Of a stretch of 64,000 nt of DNA, positions 1-11,008 are shown one piece after another; position 1 is the stretch's first letter, and each line of letters opens with the position of its first letter. The stretch is taken from assembly GCA_963707985.1 (NCBI GenBank), contig CAVPRW010000005.1, positions 126,236 through 190,235 on the forward strand. Direction: 5' to 3'. The notes beneath the pieces are model-generated. The model saw nothing but the letters and a program-made list of their open reading frames with translations, did not search any database and was not told where the DNA came from. The DNA comes from an uncultured Nitrospinota bacterium. GTDB taxonomy: Bacteria; Tectomicrobia; Entotheonellia; J063; CAVPRW01. The position numbers and the translations under genes were made by a program.

Positions 1-124
1 CCCGTGTCTGACCGCGGGCGAGCAGCGCCTCGATGTGGGCCCGCCAGCCCTCAGAGCCAAGGCCGGCTATGCTCTGCGGCGCCCCCTTGGCACGGTGGTG
101 TTTGTGTTTTTGGCGCTTCGGCAT
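1..124 (-). CDS. 5' start of a hypothetical protein running off the window (MPKRQKHKHHRAKG...)
   Basis: ATG at 124 (minus) preceded by GAGGTG, 20 bp after the amidohydrolase stop; frame open to the window edge. Confidence 0.5.
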   Translation of the reverse strand, partial: MPKRQKHKHHRAKGAPQSIAGLGSEGWRAHIEALLARGQTR

Positions 125-143
125 GCGACACCTCTTGCGGCGA

Positions 144-1450
144 TTAGGCCGACGTCGGCTGTGCAAACATCAGCATCTCTTCCGCTACTCCGTGGCCATT
201 CACCGGGACGATCTTGCCATCTTTCACAATTGCCGCCAGGTGCTGGCCGCCCTGCAACACCCGGATATCAGCCAGGGGATCGCTCTTGAGAATGATGACA
301 TCCGCCAGCTTGCCCGGCTGTAGCGTTCCCAGATCGTCTTCTAGCCCCATGGCGAAAGCGGTGTTCTTGGTGCTGGCGACGATCGCTTCCATCGGCGTGT
401 AGCCCCCATAGCGCACCAGGATCTCGGCCTCGTGGGCATGCAGTTGTCCGTAGGGCATCAGGGGCGAATTGCCGCTATCAGTGCCGCACATGACGGTAAT
501 TCCCAGCGCCCGGGCGCGTTCCAGCATGTGTACGGCGCTCTCCCAGTGACGCTTGAGCCGGTCCATCTCACGAGGTCCCCGTCCGAACTCATCGCCGACT
601 TCCGCCCCACGTTGCAAGAAGGTCATGGTCGGCATCAGTCGTACCCCAGCCTCAGCCACGACCTCCAGGTCGGTGTCGGTGGCCAGGTCAGCGTGCAGAA
701 TCCAATCCATTCCCGCCTCTGCGGCGGCACGGGTCGAGCCTGCCCCACGCGAGTGAATGGTGACGCGTGCGCCACGTCGATGCGCCTCCTGCACCACGGC
801 CGACAATTCTTCGGGAGCGATCAACTGCGTATCACCCCAGGTGCTATCCGCCAGCTTGATAAAATCGACACCATGCTTACACTGCCGCCGTACCTCGGTG
901 ATCATCGCCATGACATCATTGGCCAGCACGCCGATGGTATGCTCTGCTGTGCCCACCCATGATGGCTCGTTGTCCGTGATGCCGCCATAGGTGACGATAA
1001 AGCACCCGGCACAGGCGATGCGTGGCCCCTCGATGAGCCCCGCGGCGATCGCGTCGCGGATGGCTACGTCGTTGAACCAGGTACCACCAGGCACAGCAAC
1101 GCTGGTGACACCGCTGCGCAACACCTGCTGGGCATTGCGCGCTGCCCGCAAGGCGCTGAATCCGGGACTGGTAGTCCCGCGCGTGCTCGGTCCTCCCGAG
1201 ATTTGGGGGAAGCCGAAGGACAGGTGGCAATGGCCATCGATGAGGCCGGGCATGATCCACTGCCCCGTGGCATCGATGCTCTCCATGTTGTCCCGATCAC
1301 CATGGCAGCAGGTCCTCTGGCAGGGGCCCGATGTGCGTAATGCGGTTGCCCTCGATGACCATGGCCTGATTGACGGGAGGGAGGATTCCCCGCGCCGTCT
1401 ATCAGGGTGCCATTCTGGATGACGAGAGTCTGTTTCCCCTGAATACCCAT
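144..1450 (-). CDS. Metal-dependent amidohydrolase (prolidase-like/imidazolonepropionase-like); frameshifted at the N-terminus
   Basis: ORF 144-1286 has MPGLIDGHCH, IHSRG, GTDSG and GKLADVII. The N-terminus MGIQGKQTLVIQNGTLIDGAG with a GAGGAG RBS lies in another frame (start 1450), implying indels at ~1290-1380. Confidence 0.85.
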
Positions 1451-1775
1451 ATCGATCTCCTCTTCAAGCATGTGGCCGGGCGACACGAGGTGTACTGGCC
1501 GGGGTGACTTGGATAGGATCGCACGGACACACCCGGGATGGAGCGACTGGCTGTTCATCGGTGGCAGTACGGCAGGCCATGATGAACGCTCGTTGATGCG
1601 AGTGTACGTGGCTTTGTGGGCGATGTCAACGCTCGTGGGTCCGTGGCGGAGATCTTCACATGATGGCTCCTGGCTCGCCTTGGGAACGCGGCAAAGCGCT
1701 GGCAGACTACACCATCCCCATTCCTGGCCCATTCTATGCCGTTGCACATCGCGCAGTCGTCCCCCTCTAGGGATA

Positions 1776-2690
1776 ATGACATCTGTTGCTATCTATGACA
1801 TCATCATCGTCGGCAGCGGCATGTCAGGGTTCGCAGCCGCCTTTGACTTGCAGCACCAGCGGCCTGGCACACGTGTGCTCATACTTGACGGCAACCCGGT
1901 TTTTGGTGGGAATGCGGGCGCGATGATGCCGCTCCTCTCCCTGTCACGGCTGCTACCGGTGGCGCCTATGCCGTCAATCCCTATGCCGATTTTCTCGAAG
2001 AAATCTATGGCGTGACTGGTAGTGATTGGGCTGCCAATGATGTGCCGGCTCCGTTTTACTCCTATTTTTTTGATCATGAGACGCCCTATGCGCTGCCCGG
2101 CGCTCATAGTTGGACACTCGATGTGTATGGCGATGGACTAAGCAATATGCCGTATCCACAGCATATTCTTCGAGATCCTCGTCGTGCTAGAGACAATTTT
2201 CTCCAGTGGTACGACCGTACCGGCAGCCCCACCGATCCGGCTGACGAGAGCGATCCAAGGTTCGACTACTTGGCCCAGATGACACTCCATGAGTACTTAA
2301 CCCAACAGGAACATTTTCATCCTGCCGTGTCGGACTTCTACAGCAGATTTGCGGTTGATGCACTGGCGGCCACCAGCCAGCAGGTGAATGCCTATACCGC
2401 CATCGCCTTTCTTGGCGCTGAATATCATCCCATTTTTACGTTTCCCGGCGGTACATCCGGCATTGCCCGCCATCTCCTGCATTGGCTCATCCCTGCGGCC
2501 ATTGATGGCTCGACCACGGCACAGCTGATGGCCAACCCCATTCGCATAGACCAGCTCGACAGGCCGGATCATCATGTGCGTGTGCGTCAGGGTGCCATGG
2601 TGCTGCGCACCGATACGAGCCCGCAGATGGCCTCTGTCGACTACTTTCGCGATGGTCATTTCTACCGCGCTGCCGCCAAGGCAGTTAGTA
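1776..2690 (+). pseudogene. FAD/NAD(P)-binding oxidoreductase (spermidine dehydrogenase-like), frameshifted and C-terminally truncated
   Basis: YDIIIVGSGMSG Rossmann motif and FGGNA; frame change near 1920; continues FTFPGGTSGIARHL...YRAAAKAV, then recognisable similarity ends near 2690. Confidence 0.65.
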
Positions 2691-2834
2691 ACGTGTCCTC
2701 TCGGAGAGAGTCCTCTACCCGTGGTCAAGTACGATGCCGGCTCAATGTTTGCCAGGTAGGGGATTTCCGGTGTAGGATGCGACCTGGGATACGAACGGGC
2801 CTGAGGTGTCAAGCGCGATCTACGAAGGAGGACA

Positions 2835-3995
2835 ATGGTGACCCATTATGATGCCATCGTGCTTGGAGTTGGAGGCATGGGGAGCTCGGCGCTGTACCAT
2901 CTGGCCCGGCGGGGCCTGCGTGTTCTCGGCATCGAACGCTATAACATCCCGCATGAAATGGGGTCCTCGCACGGCTTGACCCGGATTATCCGCCTCGCTT
3001 ACTACGAACACCCCTCCTATGTGCCGCTGCTCAGACGGGCGTACGAGCTCTGGCGACAGTTGGAGCATACGGTGCAAGAGCGCCTGCTCATCATCACCGG
3101 CTCCATTGATGCTTCACCCGAGGATGGGGAGGTCTTTACAGGCTCCAAAGCCTCCTGCGACATCCACCATCTCCCCCATGAAGTCCTCGATCATCGCGAG
3201 CTCAAAGCACGTTTTCCGGGCTATGGTTTGCCCCCAGACATCATGGCATTGTATCAACCCGAGGGCGGTTTTTTGCTCTCAGAGCGCTGTATCGTCGCAC
3301 ATGTCATGGCGGCACAGGAATTGGGAGCAGAAGTGCATGGTCAGGAGCACGTCACAGGGTGGGAAGCAAAGGGGCAGGGCATAGAGGTATACACCGACCG
3401 CGGGCACTACGGCTCGGACAAATTGGTCATCTGCGCCGGCTCCTGGGGCGCAAAGCTCGTTCCTGAACTGGACACCCTGGCGGTACCCGAACGCCAGGTA
3501 TTGGGTTGGTTTCAGCCGATGCAGCCCGTTCTGTTCCGTGTGCCTGCCTTCCCGGTCTTCAACATGGCGGTGGAGGAAGGCCGCTATTATGGGTTTCCAA
3601 TCTACGGCATCCCCGGCTTCAAGGTGGGACGCTACCATCATCTGGAGCAGCGTGTGGACCCCGACCAGATGGATCGTGACACACACCGTGAGGACGAGGA
3701 CGTGTTACGCCACTTCACGGCACGGTATTTCCCGGATGCCGCGGGGCCAACGATGTCGCTCAAAACCTGCCTCTTCACCAACACTCCAGACGAGCATTTC
3801 ATCCTCGACCTGCATCCAACGTTTCCACAGGTCTGTATCGCCGCCGGGTTCTCCGGGCATGGGTTCAAGTTCTGCAGTGTCGTGGGGGAAATCATGGCCG
3901 ACCTGGCGCAGACTGGCCGCAGTCCGCATCATCTGGATCTCTTTCGCCTGCGGCGCTTTCAGGAGGCATCGCCTGCCCCGAATGAGCGCAGGTGA
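2835..3995 (+). CDS. solA: N-methyl-L-tryptophan oxidase / monomeric sarcosine oxidase
   Basis: YDAIVLGVGGMGS, GSSHGLTRIIRLAYYE, CLFTNTPDEHF, GFSGHGFKF; AGGAGG RBS. Confidence 0.9.
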   Translation: MVTHYDAIVLGVGGMGSSALYHLARRGLRVLGIERYNIPHEMGSSHGLTRIIRLAYYEHPSYVPLLRRAYELWRQLEHTVQERLLIITGSIDASPEDGEVFTGSKASCDIHHLPHEVLDHRELKARFPGYGLPPDIMALYQPEGGFLLSERCIVAHVMAAQELGAEVHGQEHVTGWEAKGQGIEVYTDRGHYGSDKLVICAGSWGAKLVPELDTLAVPERQVLGWFQPMQPVLFRVPAFPVFNMAVEEGRYYGFPIYGIPGFKVGRYHHLEQRVDPDQMDRDTHREDEDVLRHFTARYFPDAAGPTMSLKTCLFTNTPDEHFILDLHPTFPQVCIAAGFSGHGFKFCSVVGEIMADLAQTGRSPHHLDLFRLRRFQEASPAPNERR

Positions 3996-4115
3996 CAGAA
4001 CATATTGTCACGGCCCACCTCCTGGAGTAGAGTAGGCCCATTCTCATTTCCCCTTCATTGGACACGCGTTCGCCCTCGAAGCATGGAGAACGGGTCACAC
4101 AGGAGGACTGGACTG

Positions 4116-4442
4116 ATGGCCTTGAACGTCAAGTATCTGTATGTGGTGATGATGGATGTCGAACCCGACAAAGAGGATCTGTTCAACAAGACTTATGACG
4201 AGGAGCACATCCCTATCCTGACAAAAGTCCCTGGAGTCATTAGCGCTGCACGCTACAAGACCTCGGATGAGGGAGTAGCCCGCTATTTAGCGATCTATGA
4301 GCTTGAGAGTCCTGATGTGCCGCATAGCGAGGCATTTCAGAAGGCATCGGACAGCGGAGAGTGGCCTACCAAGGTGCGGCCATTTTGCAAAAACCGTTCA
4401 CGAATCGTCTATACGCAGATCTTACCGCCACCAGAGAAGTAG
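4116..4442 (+). CDS. Small dimeric alpha-beta barrel protein (EthD/DUF4286-like)
   Basis: FNKTYDEEHIP...VPGV..ARY...YLAIYELES pattern; AGGAGG RBS before ATG 4116. Confidence 0.7.
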   Translation: MALNVKYLYVVMMDVEPDKEDLFNKTYDEEHIPILTKVPGVISAARYKTSDEGVARYLAIYELESPDVPHSEAFQKASDSGEWPTKVRPFCKNRSRIVYTQILPPPEK

Positions 4443-4489
4443 CAGATCCCTCTTGGCGGTCGGAACGGCTGTGAAGCGATTGCTAACGT

Positions 4490-5122
4490 TCAAAGGTGAC
4501 CTGGCTCCTGTTGGTGATCGACGGTCACTTTGAAGTGCCGCAGGAATGTCATGCCGAGGAGCCCCATAGGCATGTGACCATCGATGTCGATGGCGACCTC
4601 GACGTCGCGTGCTTCGGCTGTACCGACGCGTAGCGACTGCAGCGTGGCAATTGGGAGCCTGACCACCCCCCCGGCAGTGGTGAATTCTTGCGTTGGTAAG
4701 TGATTCAGTGAAGTCAGCCGGAGGTCGCTAGCCACTTGTTTCGTCAGGACTGTGAAATCAGCTCCGGTATCGAGCAGCATCGGTGCGGTCAGGCGCCGAT
4801 TGAGCAGCACGTCGATGACGACCGTCCCGCCGGGTTTGGTGGGGGTCATCTTGACCCTTCCAGGCGCAGATATGGGTGGGTCACCTGGCGCCGGAACCTG
4901 GCCTGGCACGCTTGGTTGATAGACCTTGAACTCTTGCAGGGTCCCCTTGGACTTTGGTGGTGTGTCGGTGAGATGGACACGCCCCTGTTCATCGACCCAG
5001 CGGTACATCTCGCCGGAGATCGCCGGGGGAGTGATCGAGACGTATCCAACCAGGAGTGCCCCCAGAGAACTCCAGATGACTAATCTTGTGAACGAATGAA
5101 GTTTGGTATGTATCATTGGCAT
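4490..5122 (-). CDS. Exported DUF4124 + clan AA retropepsin-like aspartyl protease
   Basis: Hydrophobic N-terminus, MYRWVDEQGRVHLTDTPP (DUF4124), LLDTGAD and GLLGMTFL; possible indel in the last codons. Confidence 0.85.
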   Translation of the reverse strand: MPMIHTKLHSFTRLVIWSSLGALLVGYVSITPPAISGEMYRWVDEQGRVHLTDTPPKSKGTLQEFKVYQPSVPGQVPAPGDPPISAPGRVKMTPTKPGGTVVIDVLLNRRLTAPMLLDTGADFTVLTKQVASDLRLTSLNHLPTQEFTTAGGVVRLPIATLQSLRVGTAEARDVEVAIDIDGHMPMGLLGMTFLRHFKVTVDHQQEPGHL

Positions 5123-5320
5123 GTTCCTATTGTCACTCTTACACGTAGATCGGCTGGGTACCGCAGCGCAAACAGTTAGATGAAAGACCACGGAGCCTCA
5201 TTGTGGTTGCCCTGACACCCATAACCGATCGGCTTCTTCGAGCACAATGTGAGGGAGATGGGCAGGGAGAGGGCCATTGGGCAATGAAGGTATGGGGTGC
5301 AGGCGTAGGATGAAGCATCG

Positions 5321-5926
5321 ATGACGACGAGAGACAACCACCGACACGTACGTTATCGCTTTCTCCTGAGCCCGTTTATATGCTACGTGCTGTTGGCCGC
5401 TGGCCTCTGCTTCTGGGCTTGGCATGCAGCAGAGCTTCCTGAGGTCGCGAAGCCGGCATTGATGGCTGGGGGCCTGCTCGCCTGGACGCTCATCGAGTAT
5501 CTCCTGCATCGCTTTCTGCTGCACTATCGCCCTCAAGCACCCGCGCTCCTGTCGGTCGTCGAAAAGTTGCACCTGGGACACCATAGAGATCCACAGGACG
5601 AAGTCAAAATCACGGTGCCCATATCTGGCAGCCTGCCGATCGCTGGCGGGTTGCTGGTGTTGTTTCGACTCACGGCTGGTAGCTGGGAAGTGGCGGCGCT
5701 GCTCATGACGGGGAGCGTTGCGGGCTATCTGTATTACGAAGCGGTGCATTTCTGGATTCACTGTGGTAGCCGTGGCGGGCGCTGGCTGGGACAGCGGCGC
5801 ACTAATCACTTTTTTCACCACTTCAAGGACCAGACGCGCTGTTTTGGTGTCAGTACGCCGTTATGGGACCTAGGTACTGGGAACATACCGGGTGAAGTCG
5901 TGGCCGTAGACGTCATAGGTATATAA
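5321..5926 (+). CDS. Fatty acid hydroxylase / sterol desaturase family protein
   Basis: His boxes EYLLHRFLLH, HLGHH, HFWIH, HFFHH and FGVSTPLWD. Confidence 0.85.
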   Translation: MTTRDNHRHVRYRFLLSPFICYVLLAAGLCFWAWHAAELPEVAKPALMAGGLLAWTLIEYLLHRFLLHYRPQAPALLSVVEKLHLGHHRDPQDEVKITVPISGSLPIAGGLLVLFRLTAGSWEVAALLMTGSVAGYLYYEAVHFWIHCGSRGGRWLGQRRTNHFFHHFKDQTRCFGVSTPLWDLGTGNIPGEVVAVDVIGI

Positions 5927-5984
5927 AGCTTCTGTCGAATGCTGCATAGTATGGTCAGAGAGATCAGTATAGGGAAGGGATGGC

Positions 5985-7184
5985 ATGATGAGTGACGGAC
6001 GGCTTCCATTGCAAGGCATTCGGGTGTTGGAGTTGGCACAGATCCTCGCTGGTCCGTTCTGTGGCGCCCTGATGGCCGAGTTCGGGGCTGAGGTCATCAA
6101 GGTCGAGATGCCCGGACGCGGCGACGATATCCGCCGCATGGGGCCGGCAGAGCAGAATGTAGGCTACTGGTGGGCGGTGGATAACCGCAATAAGAAGGTG
6201 ATGACGTTGGATCTGCATCACCCGAAAGGCCAGGAGATCGTCCGTCGGCTCGTGCCCCTCGTCGATGTGGTCACGGAGAACTTTCGGCCCGGGACCCTGG
6301 AGCGCTGGCACGTGGGCTGGGAGGATCTGAGTCGCATTAACCCACGCCTGGTGATGGCACGCATCACCACCTTCGGACAAACGGGACCCTGGCGCAATGG
6401 CCCAGGCTTTGCGGCCATCGGGTCTGCCTTTGGCGGCACCTGGTACATCAACGGCCCGGCTGATCGGCCCCCCTCCCGGCCGACCCCAGTCTACCCCGAC
6501 TACATGACCGGTTTGTTCACCGCCTTCGGAGTCTTGGTGGCACTGCGCCATCGCGACGCCACGGGCGAGGGGCAATGGATCGACGCCGCCCTGTACGAAT
6601 CGACCTTTCGCACCCTGGAGTATACCGCAGCCTGGTATGGGCGGCAGGGTGTGGTGCGGGAGCGCGGTGGATTGCAACAAATCGGCTGGCCCGGGGGCGC
6701 CTGTCAGACGAAGGATGGCCGCTGGGTGGCCTACACGGCACCGGCGCAGCACCTCTTCGAACGCGTCTGCAAAATGCTCGGACAGCCGGACCTACCCCGG
6801 GACGAACGCTATGCCACGCCCGAGGCCCGAGGGCAACACATGCGCGTTTTTGCGCAAGAGGTCGAGTGCTGGTTTGCGTTGCATACCTATGAGGAGGCAT
6901 CCAAAGCCTTGGAGGAGCATCAGGTGCCATACTCGCCCATCATGAGCATGGCCGACATCTTCGTCGAGCCGCACTACCGGGAGCGCGACATGATCATCGA
7001 CGTCCCCGAGTCGACCCTCGGCACGCTGCCACAACCCGGCGTCGTGCCCAAGCTGTCTCGCACCCCTGGCCGCGTCACGCATGCCGGTCCACCGCTGGGC
7101 CAGGATACTGAGGAAATTCTCTCGGAGCTGCTGCACATGCCACCAGCGGAGATTGCCGAATTGCGAAAAGAGAGGGTGATTTAA
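5985..7184 (+). CDS. Family III CoA-transferase (CaiB/BaiF)
   Basis: PLQGIRVLELAQILAGP, NRNKK, ENFRPG, catalytic-region Asp in YPDYMTG. Confidence 0.92.
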   Translation: MMSDGRLPLQGIRVLELAQILAGPFCGALMAEFGAEVIKVEMPGRGDDIRRMGPAEQNVGYWWAVDNRNKKVMTLDLHHPKGQEIVRRLVPLVDVVTENFRPGTLERWHVGWEDLSRINPRLVMARITTFGQTGPWRNGPGFAAIGSAFGGTWYINGPADRPPSRPTPVYPDYMTGLFTAFGVLVALRHRDATGEGQWIDAALYESTFRTLEYTAAWYGRQGVVRERGGLQQIGWPGGACQTKDGRWVAYTAPAQHLFERVCKMLGQPDLPRDERYATPEARGQHMRVFAQEVECWFALHTYEEASKALEEHQVPYSPIMSMADIFVEPHYRERDMIIDVPESTLGTLPQPGVVPKLSRTPGRVTHAGPPLGQDTEEILSELLHMPPAEIAELRKERVI

Positions 7185-7312
7185 CAGAGGTGGAACATGT
7201 AGGAGTTTTCTGGAAAAACCCACACCCCATCACTGCTAGGATAGACTTTGCCCACAGTATTTCTTGGACTTCAGACCGCTCCCTATGTCATTGAAGCGCT
7301 CATCCAGCAGGC

Positions 7313-8538
7313 TATAGACTTTAAGAGAAAGATTTTCTGAAGAGGGGTTGACGGGCCGCCACACATCGGGACAATACCTACCAAAGAAACATCACTCCCA
7401 TGTTGTCTTTGGAGGAATGCCCGATGTGCAGTGTCCGTTTTACCCTCACCACGTACTCCCGCAAAGCCGTGGCACGCCAGCTGAAGACGGCCCAGCAACA
7501 GGGCCGCTTACGCCAGGTCAAGTCTTGCCTCGCCCTCCTCGCCGTTGGGGACGGCCGGAGTTTGGCAGAGGTCGCTGAGGTCTTGCGCGTGCATGAGAAG
7601 ACCGTCGCCACCTGGGTACAGGGGTTCTGTTGCGAGGGGATTCACGGCGCCCCGCGCCAGCAGCCCACAGGCCGCCCGCCCAAACTGACCCCGACGCCAA
7701 AAGCCGCCCTCGCCACCCTCATGGATGAGGGGCCGCTGCAGGCTGGGTTTAGCAGCGCCTGCTGGCGCTCGCCCCTGATCCAACAGCTGATTTATGACCG
7801 CTTCGGCGTCTTCTACAACATCTTCTCCATCGCCCAATGACTCAAGAACCTCGGCTTTCGCTACCAGAAAGCGGCGTTTGTCTCCGCTCATCTGAACGAA
7901 GCGCAGCGCCACGCGTGGTGTACTACCACCTGGCCCCAGATACTGGGATTGGCAACAGCGCAACACGCCTTGCTGCTGTTTGGCGATGAGGCCTCCTTCC
8001 CGCCATGGGGGACGCTCTCGTACACCTGGGCCCGACGGGGCCACCAGCCGCTGGTCAAGACGTCCGGCAAACGCACAGGCGACAAAGTGTTCGGCGTGAT
8101 CGAGTACTTCACCGGACAGCTCTGGTATCAAGGCCAGGAAGGACGGCTCAACTCTGAGGCGTACATCACCTTTCTCACACACGTGTTGGAACAGACCATG
8201 CCACCCATCATCCTGATTCAGGATGGGGCCCGGTATCACACGTCGGCTGCCATGCAGCGCTTCTTCGCCCTGCATGCCGAGCGCTTGATGGTCTTCCAGT
8301 TGCCGAGCGACTCACCGGATGACCATCCGCTTGAGAAGCTCTGGAAGAACGTGAAAACAGAAGGCACGCATCTGCACTACTTCCCCACCTTCGAAGCGCT
8401 CACGGACACAGTCGAGCACGCGCTGCTGAAGTTTGCCAATACGCCGGCAGAGATTCTCTCGCTGTGCAGTCTACCGACAGAAATGACCATGGCGGCTTAA
8501 GCGCCCCTGGCCAGAAAATCTTTTTCTTGAAAGCTATA
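7313..8538 (+). mobile_element. IS630-family insertion sequence (inactivated)
   Basis: Imperfect TIRs TATAGACTTTAAGAGAAAGATTTTCTG (7313-7339) and TATAGCTTTCAAGAAAAAGATTTTCTG (reverse complement of 8512-8538), 23/27 match, with TA at both ends. Confidence 0.9.
7400..8500 (+). pseudogene. IS630 transposase with an in-frame TGA at 7838-7840 and degenerate DDE motifs
   Basis: GRPPKL HTH region, FGDEASF, IQDGARYH, and DSPDDHPLEKLW in place of YSPxxNPIE; both ORF halves are in the same frame. Confidence 0.9.
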
Positions 8539-8551
8539 TATGGAACTATCT

Positions 8552-9549
8552 ATGAACCTCAGTACCCTGCAACGGCGAGTGACCAGCGGTGAAGGGCCAA
8601 CGCTTGAGTTCAAGCGTTCGACGGGAGAGCTGCGTGAAGCGTTGCAGACTGTATGTGCATTCCTGAATGGCGACGGCGGAACTGTGATCTTGGGGGTGAG
8701 GTCAGATGGAAGATTAATTGGGCAAGAGGTGTCAGATCAGACCTTGCGCGACCTTGCCCAGGCCTTCAGTGGCTTTGAGCCGCCCGCTCACATCGCCATC
8801 GAGCGTATTCAGTTGGGTGCGGGTCGTGAGGTGCTCACACTCCATGTTGACAAACTGCCCGACACGATTCCTTTCACCTTCGAGGGACGTGCATACGAGC
8901 CTATCCAAAGCTCAACTAGGCGAATGTCACAGAGGCAATATGAGCAACTCCTATTGGTGCGTGCTCACAGCAGGCATCGTTGGGAAAATCGAGAGGCAGA
9001 GGGGACCACCCTTCGGGATCTCAATCGAGAGGGGGTCTTCCGGGCGATAGACTCGGCGCGAGCTGCGGGAAGACTGGTCGAGCCGGTAGGGAGAGACCTT
9101 TTCTGGAAGAGGCGCTGCTCTTTTGTCAGCGCCATCTGCCACTGCCAGGCCGAATAGAACCCGGCAGCCTTGAACGTGTGGACCGGCCACTGATTCCCCC
9201 TGATGCGCTACGGGAGATCTTAGTCAATGCCTTAATCCACAGAGATTACACCATTGCAGGTGGTACGGTGGCACTGGCAATCTTCGATGACCGTGTCGAG
9301 GTCTGGAGCGCTGGACGGCTCTCCTCAGGGATTACCCTCGATGATCTGTCGCGGGAACACGATTCAATTCAACGTAATCCGCTCATTGCGGACGTGTTTT
9401 ATCGTGCAGGACTCATCGAAAAGTGGGAACGCGGCACCAATCGTGTGATTGTCCAATGTGCACAGGCTGGTATTGCGTCCCCGGAATTCCGGGAGCTCGC
9501 CGGTTCCACAGTAGTAACGTTCCGTGTGCAAGTGGGGTTTATCCCCTAA
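8552..9549 (+). pseudogene. AlbA_2 (Schlafen-like) DNA-binding + HATPase_c_4 (RecG C-terminal-like) protein with an internal deletion/frameshift
   Basis: EGPTLEFK...CAFLNGDGG...ILGV in the first frame; ALREILVNALIHRDY, FDDRVEV and RNPLIADVF in a second frame after ~9105; usual middle region absent; stop just before VTPQVT. Confidence 0.8.
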
Positions 9550-9565
9550 GTCACTCCCCAAGTCA

Positions 9566-10543
9566 CTATATCTGAATCCCTGCCGCCTTCAAGCGGCTCG
9601 TGAAGTCGAGGCTGGTAAACTGCGCCCCCTGATCACGGTTGAACATCTCGGGCTGGGCTTCCTCCAAAGCCCGCTCCGAGGCCTCCACGCCAAACCCGAC
9701 CTCCAGTGTGATGGACACCGCCCACGACCCCACGTACCGGCTGAACCAATCGAGCACGGCCACCACATAGATGAATCCCGAACGCAGCCGGATAGATGTG
9801 ATGTCTGTACTCCAGACGTGAGTCACCCGCGTGATCGACAGCCCGCGCAGCACATACGGAGATACCCGCTGCCCGGGGGCACGCGGGCTGGTGCACGGCT
9901 TAGGATAGATGGCCTCGAGACTCATCACCCGCATCAGTCGCGCGACGCGCTTGGGATGCACCGCCTGTTCCTGGGTCTTGAACCAGGCCGTCATGCGACG
10001 TACGCCGTAAAAGGGCGTCCGCGTGTACTGCTCATCCCACAAGCGCATCAGTTGCCGGTTCTCCTCGCTCCCGCCGGTTGGCTGATCGTACCAACTGGCT
10101 CGTGGCAGCCCCACGAGCTGACACTGCCGGGCTATGCTGATCCGGGGCTGCGCCGGCTCGATCAGGCCGCGCTTGGCCTCAGTGGGCCACTCCAACTGTT
10201 TTTTTGAGCCAGGCCAGCTCGACCTGGAGTTGGCCGATTGGCTGGTACAGCTGCGCCTTCCAGGCTTCCTCGGCCTGCGCCCGCTTCCCAGGCCGCGCAG
10301 CGAAGAGACGGGGGCCTTCGATTTGCCAAGGCTTCTTCCACAGCGCGATCGGGGTCGGATGCACCCCATATTCGCCCGCAAGCTCGTTGATGGTCTTTTC
10401 CTCTGTGAGCGCTTCAAACGCCATCCTGGCCTTGAATTCTGCACTGTATCGCTTCCGCTGCGTCGTCATCTCCTCCTCCTCTCACCCTCCTCGACACAAC
10501 CATTCTATCTTAACCACCTGTCTAGTTTTCGGGGTACACTATA
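9566..10543 (-). mobile_element. IS3-family element, 3'-truncated and degenerate (orfA 10179-10469; orfB ~10200-9566)
   Basis: orfA RKRYSAEFKA; orfB PFYGVRRM, WSTDIT, DWFSRYV, DQGAQFTS; A-run at the orfA/orfB junction; end-like sequence TATAGTGTACCCCGAAAACTAGACAG at ~10518-10543; orfB stops before the third catalytic residue. Confidence 0.88.
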
Positions 10544-11008
10544 CGATGTACCTCTTGGTCAAATTGAGCAGGCCAAGACGACCATCGATGCTGTGCCGAA
10601 ACAGCATCCTTTCGAAATCAAATACCTTGAAATGCAGAAAGTTCCGTGGGAGTCGTGCGCATTAGTTTTAGACTCTGCAGAGCGGAAAGAACATTTATTA
10701 CAGGGCTTAGCTGATACGGTATAGCATCTCTAAAAGACCACATGTCTTCATAAGCATGCAACTTCGACGCTAACACCCCACCAAGGCAATATACCTTAGC
10801 ATTGCCACTCTAGACCCTACGGCCAGCCTTTCTCCCTCGACGAGTTTCTCAGGATCATTGATCCTCAAAAAAGGTGGTTCGACTAACTTAATGCCATTCG
10901 GGTTATATCGCGCTTCAGGCAGGGCTGATGATGCTCCCTGGAGCAGCGGCCATGGGGATCGCTGGTGCTGGTGGGGCGGGTTGCCAAGCGGTAGCGCCCC
11001 AGTGCTGA

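Noticed and set aside
7838..7840. In-frame TGA as selenocysteine or programmed readthrough
   Set aside because: Lies in a transposase whose catalytic motifs are also degenerate; a nonsense mutation is simpler
7508..8275. 255 aa minus-strand ORF (likewise 9524-10207, 10134-10724 and 56266-57306)
   Set aside because: Antisense to transposase genes
9543..9567. Short tandem repeat CCCC(T/C)AAGTCACT
   Set aside because: Encodes the VTPQ-type linker repeat of the HATPase gene; not a CRISPR array
10770..11008. C-terminal extension of the Uma2 ORF as called in the track
   Set aside because: Product of the frameshift near 11080; the family C-terminus ends at 11009
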